A DNA stretch of 64,000 bases. It comes from a virus. Each line of letters opens with the position of its first letter. Position 1 is the first letter of the stretch. Location of the stretch: positions 2,377 through 66,376 of IMG/VR virus record IMGVR_UViG_3300008108_000237, one strand, 5' to 3'. Positions 52,860-62,437 of the stretch are shown here, piece by piece. The position numbers and the translations under genes are program-made. A model generated the notes under the pieces. The model made no database searches. It was given only the letters and a program-made list of their open reading frames with translations, and was not told the origin of the DNA.

Positions 52860-54398
52860 ATGACTAAAATACAAGAAAAAATTCAACAACTCGAACTTAA
52901 AATTGTGGAACAAAAAGTGACGAGAGAAAAAGAGTTGTTAATTACAGAAATGAAAAAGATAGGAATAGAAAAACTACCTTACTCCTACTCAGCCCTCAAA
53001 CAATTTATCGACCCTGAAACAATGGATTTCCATTACAACAAACACTACAAAGGGTATGTTGATAAATTAAATGATGCACTATCCAAGAAAAAGTATGGTG
53101 ACTTGGAATTGGAACAAATCATAAAAACAATCAGTCGGTTTGATAAAACAATCAGAAACAATGCTGGTGGGGCGTTTAATCACGCACTTTTTTGGAATAT
53201 GTTGTCACCTGAACCTAAAAAGTTGACAGGAGATTTATATAAAAAGATTACAAAAGAGTTTGGAAGTTTTGTTTCTTTTAAGAAAAAGTTCGAAGAAATT
53301 GCAAAAGAAAGATTCGGGTCAGGATGGGTATGGTTGGTTTTGACAGGTAGAAACACTTTAAAAATTATGTCTACCCCAAATCAAGATAATCCTTTAATGA
53401 ACATAGTCGAAAACGGTGGATTTCCACTTTTGGGTTTGGATTTATGGGAGCACGCATATTACTTAAAATACAAAAACAAGAGAGACGAATACATCGCAAA
53501 TTTTTGGAAAGTTGTGAATTGGGATTTTGTTTCGAAACTATATGAAATGAAAACCCAAACTAAACTTTTGGAATCTACCGAAATGAAGAAAGTAATTGAA
53601 AGTTCAAAACCCGCACAATTTTGTAGTAGTTCTGAAACTGAGTATTTCAAAGAGTTAATAAACAACAAGCGGATAAAACCAATTTATCAAAATGGAGTTA
53701 CTGAAAGTTTGAAAGAAGTATTCAAAGATTTTTGGATTGAAAGTCAAGGAAAAGAAATGTCTGGATTTTATGGTATTGAATCCGACGAGGCAAGATCTGT
53801 CTTGAACAATCTTAACACAAATTTTAACACTTTTTGTTTATTAACAAAAGCGGTGAACAGACAAATCGATTTGATTGGACAACCAAGCAGAAAATTTGAT
53901 TTTTCAATAAAAACAAAAAGAACACCTGAAGAAGTTGAACGATTTACGAAAGCATTGAATTTTTTCAAAAATGAAATCTTTTCCAAAGACAACGAAGAAT
54001 TTATTAATATTATCAAAGTTTTACTAAAACTTTGGAAAAAAGGGGAACAGTCCGAAGACGAAGCTAGTTTAATCATAAAAAAACATTTTGGTGATAGAGT
54101 TTCTGTGACTAAAACATCTGGTGCAGGTCTAATGATAGACGCTTTTGGAGGAATTGATTTATTTATCGAACTTGATGGAAAAAAATATAGATGTCAGGTA
54201 AAACAATTTTCTTCAATTAAACATGAAGATGGTAAAATTACTGTAGTTAATACGGGTGATGTGAAACCATATAGAGTAAATTGGATGATATTTATTAACT
54301 ACAAAACAAAAAAAGTTTTAATTTTCAAAAATGACCCAATTCAAACTCAGGGCCAATATGTATTCAATGAATCCTCTTTAATTTACGAAATAAATTAA
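52860..54398 (+). CDS. sodA: Fe/Mn superoxide dismutase (Mn-type signature) fused to a C-terminal nuclease-like domain
   Basis: 'LPYSYSAL', 'HYNKH', 'NNAGGAFNHALFW', 'FGSGWVWL', 'NQD', 'DLWEHAYY', plus ~290 extra C-terminal residues. Confidence 0.85.
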   Translation: MTKIQEKIQQLELKIVEQKVTREKELLITEMKKIGIEKLPYSYSALKQFIDPETMDFHYNKHYKGYVDKLNDALSKKKYGDLELEQIIKTISRFDKTIRNNAGGAFNHALFWNMLSPEPKKLTGDLYKKITKEFGSFVSFKKKFEEIAKERFGSGWVWLVLTGRNTLKIMSTPNQDNPLMNIVENGGFPLLGLDLWEHAYYLKYKNKRDEYIANFWKVVNWDFVSKLYEMKTQTKLLESTEMKKVIESSKPAQFCSSSETEYFKELINNKRIKPIYQNGVTESLKEVFKDFWIESQGKEMSGFYGIESDEARSVLNNLNTNFNTFCLLTKAVNRQIDLIGQPSRKFDFSIKTKRTPEEVERFTKALNFFKNEIFSKDNEEFINIIKVLLKLWKKGEQSEDEASLIIKKHFGDRVSVTKTSGAGLMIDAFGGIDLFIELDGKKYRCQVKQFSSIKHEDGKITVVNTGDVKPYRVNWMIFINYKTKKVLIFKNDPIQTQGQYVFNESSLIYEIN

Positions 54399-54415
54399 TA
54401 TAGATATTTATAAGT

Positions 54416-55543
54416 ATGTCAGTTATACCAGAACCAGAAAGAAGTCGGATTTATACGAGAGTTAAACATCAACTTGGTGCTCCTCTTAGAAGTGTCGAGT
54501 TAGAAGATGAAATGTTAGATTCCTTAATGGAATTGGCGGTTGGAGATTATGAAGAGTATATTCTTCAATGGTTGATTGATTCCCAATGGGTCAACTTGGT
54601 AAATTTGAATATGAATGAAAGGTCTGTTGCAAGAGCCTTGGTTACAAGGACAATGGATTTCGAACAACAATTCAGTTATTCATACTCAAAAATAGTTGGT
54701 CTTCAAACTGAAGGTCCATGGGTTCTAAAGAAAGATTATTTTATCTTAAGCGCAAACACTCAAACTTATGAAATTCCTGCAGGTAGAGAAGTGAACGAGT
54801 TACTTTGGTTTTCGAACCAAGCTTGGACTGCATTCGGTTTAGGTGGTTTGGGTGGATTCGGTTTCGGTGGTATTGGTTTGGGAGCAAACGAAGCGGGTTA
54901 TGCACAGATGGGCTATCAAGGTTCGTACTTCATGATGTCAGGATTTGACTATCTTATTAGAATGCAAGAAGCCAACATCTTGAATAGAATTTTAGGTGGT
55001 TCCTTAACTTACAGAATTACTGGTCTTCCTGACGGCAAGAAACTTATTCACCTTTACAATACACCTGGTGGAAAGTTCAATTGGTCAAATTATAACCTTT
55101 ATGTCGGTAAAGCCGTTTGGTATTGGTATTATGATGTAGAACCAGACAGTCGAGCTGATTGTTTGAAAAATAATCCTGATATAATTAAATTACCTACAGA
55201 CGTTCCAATCGAAGAATTAACTTGGACAGATTTGAACGTTCCTGGTCAACAGTGGGTTAGAAGATGGTTCACGGCTTATTGTAAAGAAACTTTAGCGAGA
55301 GTCAGAGGAAAATACAGTGGTAATCTCAAAACTCCTGATAGTGAAATTATAATGGATTATCAGAGTTTACTGACCGAAGCTAAAGATGAAAAATCTAAAT
55401 TGATTGAAGAATTAATTGGGGCTGAAGGTTGGTTGACAAGAATGAGACCTGAAAAAGTTATGGAGAGAGAGGCATTGATTGCAGAGAATCTAAATAAACA
55501 AATGAAATTTAGAGCAATGCCTCGACAAATTTACGTTATATAA
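54416..55543 (+). CDS. Neck protein / head-tail adaptor (gp13-like)
   Basis: 'LGAP...VEL...' N-terminus and 'KETLARVRGKY' C-terminal motif. Confidence 0.75.
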   Translation: MSVIPEPERSRIYTRVKHQLGAPLRSVELEDEMLDSLMELAVGDYEEYILQWLIDSQWVNLVNLNMNERSVARALVTRTMDFEQQFSYSYSKIVGLQTEGPWVLKKDYFILSANTQTYEIPAGREVNELLWFSNQAWTAFGLGGLGGFGFGGIGLGANEAGYAQMGYQGSYFMMSGFDYLIRMQEANILNRILGGSLTYRITGLPDGKKLIHLYNTPGGKFNWSNYNLYVGKAVWYWYYDVEPDSRADCLKNNPDIIKLPTDVPIEELTWTDLNVPGQQWVRRWFTAYCKETLARVRGKYSGNLKTPDSEIIMDYQSLLTEAKDEKSKLIEELIGAEGWLTRMRPEKVMEREALIAENLNKQMKFRAMPRQIYVI

Positions 55544-55546
55544 TTT

Positions 55547-55882
55547 ATGGCTATAGTTAAATCAATTCCCTCAAGAAGAATTATTAGCGGGGAAGTTATC
55601 AACACATCAGAAATTTCCGTAGTTTCGGAATCGACTTATAAAACAAATGGTGAAAGTTGCATCATCGTTAGAGGAGTATTAAACTCAGTTGTTATTTTGA
55701 ATTCCTCAACTACAGACCACATTGTTGTAAAATCAATGACAAGCCTCACCATACTCCCCGATGTTGGAAAAATCGATGAAGAATATGATGAGGTTGTAGT
55801 TGATAAATTTGCTTGTATCGAATTCCGATTTGTAGGTGGTAATTGGTATATTCTATCAAGTGACGGACTTAAACAGTCATAA
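55547..55882 (+). CDS. Small beta-rich hypothetical (probable virion) protein
   Basis: 111 aa, 3 nt after the neck gene, ending '...GGNWYILSSDG'. Confidence 0.65.
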   Translation: MAIVKSIPSRRIISGEVINTSEISVVSESTYKTNGESCIIVRGVLNSVVILNSSTTDHIVVKSMTSLTILPDVGKIDEEYDEVVVDKFACIEFRFVGGNWYILSSDGLKQS

Positions 55883-58658
55883 GCTTGTTTTCCCAACCTT
55901 CTTCAGCCAATTCATACATATAGTAAGGACTCAATCCTCTTCTTTCCCAATATTGAAGTTCCGCTTCAGTAATATCCAAAACATCTTCTTTTAGTTTATC
56001 TTGGTCACCATCAGCTAATGGATGCCCATTAATTAACTCACATTGAGATGTTGTAAATATCCCCCTTTTATCAGGTTCATTTACAATCAATCCGTTTCTT
56101 ACTTCATCTTGGAATACAACCATCAAAGGTTCAATTCTTTTATTGAAGGTCACAATTGCTCTTGGTACATTATAATCACCAGTCAATTCAGGGTTGTTGT
56201 CCAATATATCTTTATCAAGCATGTAACAATTAACAATAACACCATCTGTTACTTCTTTAACATTTGGATTCTCAAGTTTATTGAGAGCATTCAAATCTTT
56301 TAATTGTTTTACTGTCATTTTCTGAACATCTCCTTGGGAAGCTTTTGTACCATTATTCACGTACATGATTACATCTCCCAAATTGACATTGAGTTTCTCC
56401 TGAATAGCGAGTTCCATGTGAGCCATTCTTGACATACTATTGCCTGATTTGGTTTTGGTTGTCAGTCTTTTTCTGTATTCATCAAGACTAAGTTTGACTT
56501 TAGCTCTCTGAGCAATCTTGGACAATGGAATTTTCTTGTCATAGATTTTTTGTAGATACTCGTAATAATACTCAACAAATCCTTTCCCATCACCTTGTAA
56601 CAACATTTTGATTCCTTTATCCAAAAACTCTTCGATGTATATTGGAAGTTTTTTTGATTTGATACTATTTCCTGTGAGTTTGATTTTTCCTTTAGCATCC
56701 ATTACCGCATAGTTCTTACGAGCCAAGTTAATACAAGAAGGCCAAACACCATCTGTATCCAAAGCCATTTCACCTCTCATGAATATGTCGTTGTACTCAG
56801 CAACATCAGCCTCAGGTCCTTTATACTCTTTTCCCTCTTTAACTTTCCAATTGAGACCCCTACCAATGTAAACTCTATCTTTTGCGTCAGTCGGAGTTGA
56901 AAAGTTCACCCCGTCTGTATCCATTACTAAGGGAACATAACCCTTCGCCATAAAAAATTTTATCATTTGTCTGAGGTACTGTCTTCCCGTACAAGTAATT
57001 TGTTCTCCCATGTACATGTCACCCCAAGCATAAACCTGAGGGGCTGACAATGCACCGAACATGGAGTTAATAAAGATTTTAATTGGAAGTTGTTTGTTTC
57101 CATATGATTCAGACTTTTTCTTGTCTGTCTCATAATATTGTTCCGCCAAGTTTTTGTATTTGATACGTGTGTCACGGAACCATTTGAGCATTCCCTTCAT
57201 TGCCCCTGTTACGTCACAGTCAGGAAATACATCGTGTACCAACTGAATTGAGGGGTATAGAGAAGAGAAGTCGAGTTTGAGTACGTCCTTGCTATACCCA
57301 ACTTTAAGAAGTCTTGAAAGACCTCCAACGAAGTCAGTCTTGGATTCTTTCGCAGGAATTGCAATATTATGTTTATAAGACCACGCCATCATCAACATCT
57401 TCCATAGAGTTGCAGTACCCATGGTTGAAACTCTTTCATAGGTAGTTGGAATCATCGCAGCAAGAAGAAATGAACCTTGATTGAACTCTTGGTCCACTTT
57501 CAAAGTTTCGTCCAAGTCATCATCCAAGTATCGTTCAACAATATCATCGCCTGTTGTTTTAAGATACACATCAGTTCGACTCTCACAAATCTTATCGACT
57601 TTGGGGTCGACCCCAACTTTTCTGTAATTTCCGTTCTGTGTGTTTAACCAAAACTCCTCTTTGTTACTGTATAAACTTGCTATGTCCAAATGGTCAATAT
57701 ACACTCGGTCTTCCGCTTGTGCGTTTATGTATTGAGTAATATACTTCAAACCCGCAGATTTGATACTTGAATTGATTGCTTGTGCTCTTCGGACAGCGTG
57801 AATAATATCAATCACGTTATACCCCCAAATTGAAGTTTGTATATATGATTCAACTTCATTTGCAAGTTTCAACATACTTTCTTTTCTCGTAAAAGAATGT
57901 TGGGGGTGTAAAGATTTACATATCTTTTTAGGGTCAAGTCCAAGTGTTTTACATCTTTCAAATATCCAATGCCAGTCAAAGTTCGCTGAATTGTATCCAC
58001 CAATTATACTTGGTTTTAACTCATCGATTATTCGAAAAAATTCTGTTATAGCACCTCGTTCTTGAGATTCATCTATACACTCGATTACTTTGTGGAATCC
58101 TTTATTTGTTTTAATTCCAATCATGAATATACGACCGTCTTTAGGTTCAAGAGCAGTCGTTTCCAAGTCAAATACCAATCGGGTTACTTGATTATAATCT
58201 TCGAATCCTTTGAACAATCTTTTTTCTTTCTGAACTAAGTATTGTTCGACAGGAGATAGAATCATGATTTTTTCTTTGGTTCTTTCACCCCAAGGGTCAC
58301 AACCACCTTCTCTAAAAAATTGTACAAGTTCTCTGTATCCTTTCAGAGACTTGACTAAGAAAGTCATCCCTTTTTCTAATCTTTCGTTTCCATAGGTTTC
58401 TAACTTTTCTATTACAATTCCATGTTTGGTCATAGCTTCTTTCTGAGAAGCTTTAGACCCACCATAAAAATTAATATCACGTAAGTCTCCAACCCATGCG
58501 AATGGAATGAAAGTATCCTTTCGGATTTCTTTCCCTTTACCAGGAATTTCTTTGATTTTGTAAATGGAGTTGGAAGCGTAGTCGAACTCGATGGCGACTA
58601 TAAATTCTTCGGGGTCGTTTCCGTGTAGAAACGATTCAATTTCTTTTTCAGTAAACAT
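55869..58658 (-). CDS. Family B DNA polymerase
   Basis: Exonuclease motifs 'FDLET' and 'GYNSANFD'. Polymerase motifs 'DFSSLYPS', 'KIFINSMFG', 'MDTDG', 'KNYA'. Confidence 0.95.
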   Translation of the reverse strand: MFTEKEIESFLHGNDPEEFIVAIEFDYASNSIYKIKEIPGKGKEIRKDTFIPFAWVGDLRDINFYGGSKASQKEAMTKHGIVIEKLETYGNERLEKGMTFLVKSLKGYRELVQFFREGGCDPWGERTKEKIMILSPVEQYLVQKEKRLFKGFEDYNQVTRLVFDLETTALEPKDGRIFMIGIKTNKGFHKVIECIDESQERGAITEFFRIIDELKPSIIGGYNSANFDWHWIFERCKTLGLDPKKICKSLHPQHSFTRKESMLKLANEVESYIQTSIWGYNVIDIIHAVRRAQAINSSIKSAGLKYITQYINAQAEDRVYIDHLDIASLYSNKEEFWLNTQNGNYRKVGVDPKVDKICESRTDVYLKTTGDDIVERYLDDDLDETLKVDQEFNQGSFLLAAMIPTTYERVSTMGTATLWKMLMMAWSYKHNIAIPAKESKTDFVGGLSRLLKVGYSKDVLKLDFSSLYPSIQLVHDVFPDCDVTGAMKGMLKWFRDTRIKYKNLAEQYYETDKKKSESYGNKQLPIKIFINSMFGALSAPQVYAWGDMYMGEQITCTGRQYLRQMIKFFMAKGYVPLVMDTDGVNFSTPTDAKDRVYIGRGLNWKVKEGKEYKGPEADVAEYNDIFMRGEMALDTDGVWPSCINLARKNYAVMDAKGKIKLTGNSIKSKKLPIYIEEFLDKGIKMLLQGDGKGFVEYYYEYLQKIYDKKIPLSKIAQRAKVKLSLDEYRKRLTTKTKSGNSMSRMAHMELAIQEKLNVNLGDVIMYVNNGTKASQGDVQKMTVKQLKDLNALNKLENPNVKEVTDGVIVNCYMLDKDILDNNPELTGDYNVPRAIVTFNKRIEPLMVVFQDEVRNGLIVNEPDKRGIFTTSQCELINGHPLADGDQDKLKEDVLDITEAELQYWERRGLSPYYMYELAEEGWENKLMTV

Positions 58659-58724
58659 ATCTATATCACGAGTGGTTTATTGGCTTTCACACTAACGTGA
58701 AGTTTACCTTACTCATCATGTATA

Positions 58725-58752
58725 AATATAAATGAAATTCGTGTCTTGTCAA
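58725..58752 (-). promoter_or_regulatory. Sigma70-like promoter for DNA polymerase
   Basis: Minus strand TTGACA-N16-TATATT, overlapping a TATTTAT motif. Confidence 0.5.
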
Positions 58753-58753
58753 A

Positions 58754-59131
58754 TTAACAACAAGCAGTTTCAGAGATGAAACTATCTTGAACATTGATGT
58801 ACAATTGTTCTCTAATTGGAAGGATTAGACTGCCCTCATCGTTTCTGATTAAGAATTGTCCTTCGTATCGACCTACAGTATTTGTATCTCTTGATGTAAA
58901 TTTGAAATAAATATAATATTCCGTTGGAGCTCCTTCAGGAAGAATTAAACTTACTATTTGACATGGAGCAGAGACAATCTTGGGAATTCCTGTCTCAACA
59001 TCAATCATAGTGAAAAATATTGTCGAGACCTCGAGGTCTTCCATTAACTCTTGAAAACCTGCTCTACCGTCCTTGACAACTTGCATTTTTAACACAGGCA
59101 ATGTTGCATTCTTTTTGATATAAAATTCCAT
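58754..59131 (-). CDS. Small virion protein, BppU N-terminal-like
   Basis: 'FYIKKNATLP.L...Y.F...DT...G.Y.GQF......ILP' pattern. TATTTAT 4 nt upstream. Confidence 0.55.
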   Translation of the reverse strand: MEFYIKKNATLPVLKMQVVKDGRAGFQELMEDLEVSTIFFTMIDVETGIPKIVSAPCQIVSLILPEGAPTEYYIYFKFTSRDTNTVGRYEGQFLIRNDEGSLILPIREQLYINVQDSFISETACC

Positions 59132-59147
59132 AACAATAAATATACTG

Positions 59148-60824
59148 TTATGACTCTTTACGAAGGTCTCTGTTGTAATGTTCGAATCTATCGTGTTCTG
59201 TGGGTGTTAATAATAGTAATCCAGGTTTCAATTCATCTTTTTTAACTAACTGATACATGTGAGACATCCATGTTTGTTCGAATGGATGTGCCCAAGTTGT
59301 ATCCAAAAACATTTTTTGATTACCAACTCTACTTACAATTTGAGGCCAATTACAATAGTAAATTTCTCCTTTAGCGTAAGGTAATCCTCTATGAGAAAGG
59401 ATTTCAGTGAATCTTGTTTTCGGTGCATTGGGGTCTAGTCCCAATTCAGGTAATCTTGGTTTGTCGGGCCAAAATTCTGTTCTTACGTGTTGAGGGACAT
59501 TGTACCAACTCCATTGAACTCCATTATCGCCATAAAACTCAGAATAATTAAGTTTCAAAAAATCCAAGTTTTCTTTTTTTATTACCTCTAATGATTTAGT
59601 GTATAAATTTGGAACATATCTGCTGAATCCATTTCTACAAACCTTTCTTTCATTGGGGTAGAAAAACATATCATCTTCAAAAAATAAATAATAATCTAAA
59701 TCAGTTTCATTCTGAAAGTGTTCTGCAATCCATTGTCTTCCCCCACAAATACCTAAGTTGTCTTTTTTGATATGTTCGAATCCAAATTCTCTACAAATTT
59801 CAGAGTATTCCTCGGTAGTTGATAAATCACTCGAATTGTCTAACAAAAATTTGTTTGTTTTATTGATATAATCTTTGTCATACGCCAACATCGAATCAAT
59901 CAATGTCTTAAATTGTTTTGGACTATTGAACGTAATAACATACAATCCAACTTTATTGGTGTCCAAATTATTAGTTACTTGAACAGAACTTTCATTCTTA
60001 ACTCTAAGTTCATCATTTTTCAAATCTTCAAAAAACTTGCCAATTAAACCATTTGATTCAATTTGGAAATAATTGAATAAATCAGAATGTTTATAACACA
60101 TAATACTGAATATTGATTCTTCAGTACCCATATATCCTTCATCTAAAGTGCTTTTCAACAAACCATAATAAATTGAGTTGACATCACTTATTGTGTGTTT
60201 CGGACCACCGAAAAATCCACCCCTGGCGACTTTGTTGACTTTGTTATTAGCAATCGAATTTAATTTATTATATTCAAACCCATGAATTTCTTTTTCAGCA
60301 TCATAAGGAAAACAGATAAACGAGAATTTGGAAATGTATTTTGAAAGTTTATCCAAAACTTTGTCGTGTGTAAAATATCCTGGATGGACTGTATTAGTTA
60401 GTCCACCATCAATCCAAAACAAATATTCGGAATCAAACCTATCCATTATTTTTGCATCATGTAATAGAAACATTTTGGACATAACCAATGGATTGTAGTT
60501 TTCCAAACGAGATTGTGTCGATTCTTTTAACCATCCTGCTTGATTATACCAATCAGGGTTTGTTCGGATTTTTTGAATCAATGGAAAAAACTCAGATGAG
60601 GTAAACCATTTCAAAGGTCTTTCTATAAATTGTGTTTTTTCTTGAGACCTTCTTTCATTAACAAATGTTCTCAACTCCTCATCACCATAGATAATTAAAT
60701 TTTCCTCAACTTTTAACAGTTGTTCAAACTTATCCAAATAATGTTGATATGACCTACTCCAACCTTCAGTTAATTCCCCTCTTCCAATATCCCAAATCCC
60801 TGTTACTAATGTAATCTTATTCAT
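59148..60824 (-). CDS. Two-domain glycosyltransferase-like protein (HtrL/YibB-like plus GT-A/GT2-like)
   Basis: N-domain 'ITLVTGIWDIGR...SK...WIDGG...GGFFGG...EE'. C-domain 'VITFN...DNS...N.G..G...FFEDD'. Confidence 0.7.
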   Translation of the reverse strand: MNKITLVTGIWDIGRGELTEGWSRSYQHYLDKFEQLLKVEENLIIYGDEELRTFVNERRSQEKTQFIERPLKWFTSSEFFPLIQKIRTNPDWYNQAGWLKESTQSRLENYNPLVMSKMFLLHDAKIMDRFDSEYLFWIDGGLTNTVHPGYFTHDKVLDKLSKYISKFSFICFPYDAEKEIHGFEYNKLNSIANNKVNKVARGGFFGGPKHTISDVNSIYYGLLKSTLDEGYMGTEESIFSIMCYKHSDLFNYFQIESNGLIGKFFEDLKNDELRVKNESSVQVTNNLDTNKVGLYVITFNSPKQFKTLIDSMLAYDKDYINKTNKFLLDNSSDLSTTEEYSEICREFGFEHIKKDNLGICGGRQWIAEHFQNETDLDYYLFFEDDMFFYPNERKVCRNGFSRYVPNLYTKSLEVIKKENLDFLKLNYSEFYGDNGVQWSWYNVPQHVRTEFWPDKPRLPELGLDPNAPKTRFTEILSHRGLPYAKGEIYYCNWPQIVSRVGNQKMFLDTTWAHPFEQTWMSHMYQLVKKDELKPGLLLLTPTEHDRFEHYNRDLRKES

Positions 60825-61698
60825 AAATTTCGTTTAATTCTTCAAATAATTTATTGAAACTTGTGTAGTTTAAAAAGAAACTATCTGGTATTTCTCTTGG
60901 TGCATTATCCCTACACCACCAATGGTCAAATTTCAATATTTCAAAAAGTTCTTGATTGTTGAAATACATTAGAGACATAACATTTTCTTCATGTGGAATT
61001 GTTTTATCCTCTTCGATAATATTTTTGACATATCCCTCGAAAAGATTAACAATATTTTCCCACTTATCTCTATGACCTCCAAATATACCACCAACCACAT
61101 GAATACTTGAATCATATTGATTATACCATTTTGGATTTACAGTACCCGACCAAAAATGTCTTTGGTTGTCTTTTCCCAAGATTAAAAATTTATCTCCAGT
61201 TTTCTTTATCAAATTCGACAACATTTGATTGTTGAAAAGACTACACTCAAACATTTGTCTGTAATAATTGTCTTTCCCTAAGTATTTGTTTGCAAACAAT
61301 CCACAATGAGATAAACCAGCGTCAATCCAATAATAATAGTCGTAGGATTTATCTTCATTCCACCAAAAATGGAATTTACTGTATTGCACCTCTATACATC
61401 TATCTCCTTGTTTTGTCTGCTCAATGTTTTTATATTGGTTTATCAAATCTTTGAATTTGGTATTTCCAATGTCATAGACTTGAAATTTCAACTTTTCTGA
61501 AGAGACAGAGTTCTCATTATAAAAAAAATTTTTCAGTGATTCGATTTCTCTGTCTGAAGTATAACATAAAAAATCAGCGTCCGTCATTTTTAGTAATGAC
61601 AATAGACTATTTCTATAATGACCTAACCTTCCAGGTCTTCCCCCGAATTCGGTTCCATGTAAATCACTATAAATTGATGTGATAAATTTAACTGACAT
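60817..61698 (-). CDS. HtrL/YibB-like glycosyltransferase
   Basis: 'QYSK...YYWIDAG...VGGIFGG...EENVM', paralogous to the N-domain of the downstream gene. Confidence 0.65.
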   Translation of the reverse strand: MSVKFITSIYSDLHGTEFGGRPGRLGHYRNSLLSLLKMTDADFLCYTSDREIESLKNFFYNENSVSSEKLKFQVYDIGNTKFKDLINQYKNIEQTKQGDRCIEVQYSKFHFWWNEDKSYDYYYWIDAGLSHCGLFANKYLGKDNYYRQMFECSLFNNQMLSNLIKKTGDKFLILGKDNQRHFWSGTVNPKWYNQYDSSIHVVGGIFGGHRDKWENIVNLFEGYVKNIIEEDKTIPHEENVMSLMYFNNQELFEILKFDHWWCRDNAPREIPDSFFLNYTSFNKLFEELNEIYE

Positions 61699-62437
61699 AA
61701 TAGTAGTCTTTGTGTGTATTTCCCTCTTTTATTTTTTGGTTGTTGTCCTCGTTTCTAAACTCTTCAGGTATTTTGTAAGGTGAGTAGGAATTCCAATTAT
61801 AAGTTTGAGTATAAAAGTTATTATACATTCCCTGAGAAACATCTGAGTAAGATTTTCTTTGAGGTGCAATCGGTAATATTGGACAATAACTTTGAAATTT
61901 GGGGTATATAAATTTTGCTAAGTATCCATCTATTGGATGGAAAAAGTCTCCTCCAACTCCAAAAGAAATTTCAGAAATTTTTGGTATTTCATCATAAACT
62001 GAAACATCATAAATCATCATATTGGTTGCGAAAGTTTCAGTGTGAATTTCATTTTGTTTGGGAGGTAAGTTAGTCAAGTCCAATAATGTATCGTACTTTT
62101 CACTTACGTTCATGTGTCTATTTAATGTTGGAGTAACATTAAAAACGCCAAATTCAATATCACTAATTTGTTCTTCTATTTTTTCTATAAGAGATTTAGC
62201 GTATGGCATAAAAATACAATCGTCTTCTATTGCCATTACTCTTTTGTATCCTCTTTCTTTTGCGATTTTAATTATCTCCAAATGTGAAAGTGTACAACCC
62301 ATGTAGTTCCCACGGTTCACTGCTTCAAACCTTTCCCATTCCCAACCAATGTAATCCATCTCTTTTCGGATATTTTCCAAATTATTTGGTCTTGTTTCCA
62401 AGTTGATTACAAATTTAGGAATTTCATTAAATTTCAT
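61688..62437 (-). CDS. Glycosyltransferase family 25
   Basis: 'FVINL..R', 'RFEAV', 'GCTLSH', 'IEDD'. Start placed at ATG 62437 (MKFNEIPK). Confidence 0.8.
   Translation of the reverse strand: MKFNEIPKFVINLETRPNNLENIRKEMDYIGWEWERFEAVNRGNYMGCTLSHLEIIKIAKERGYKRVMAIEDDCIFMPYAKSLIEKIEEQISDIEFGVFNVTPTLNRHMNVSEKYDTLLDLTNLPPKQNEIHTETFATNMMIYDVSVYDEIPKISEISFGVGGDFFHPIDGYLAKFIYPKFQSYCPILPIAPQRKSYSDVSQGMYNNFYTQTYNWNSYSPYKIPEEFRNEDNNQKIKEGNTHKDYYYVS

Noticed and set aside
19348-58658. Inteins, introns or homing endonucleases in nrdA, nrdB, helicase, recombinase or polymerase
   Set aside because: All ORFs are continuous and of normal length, with no intein or LAGLIDADG/HNH motifs seen.
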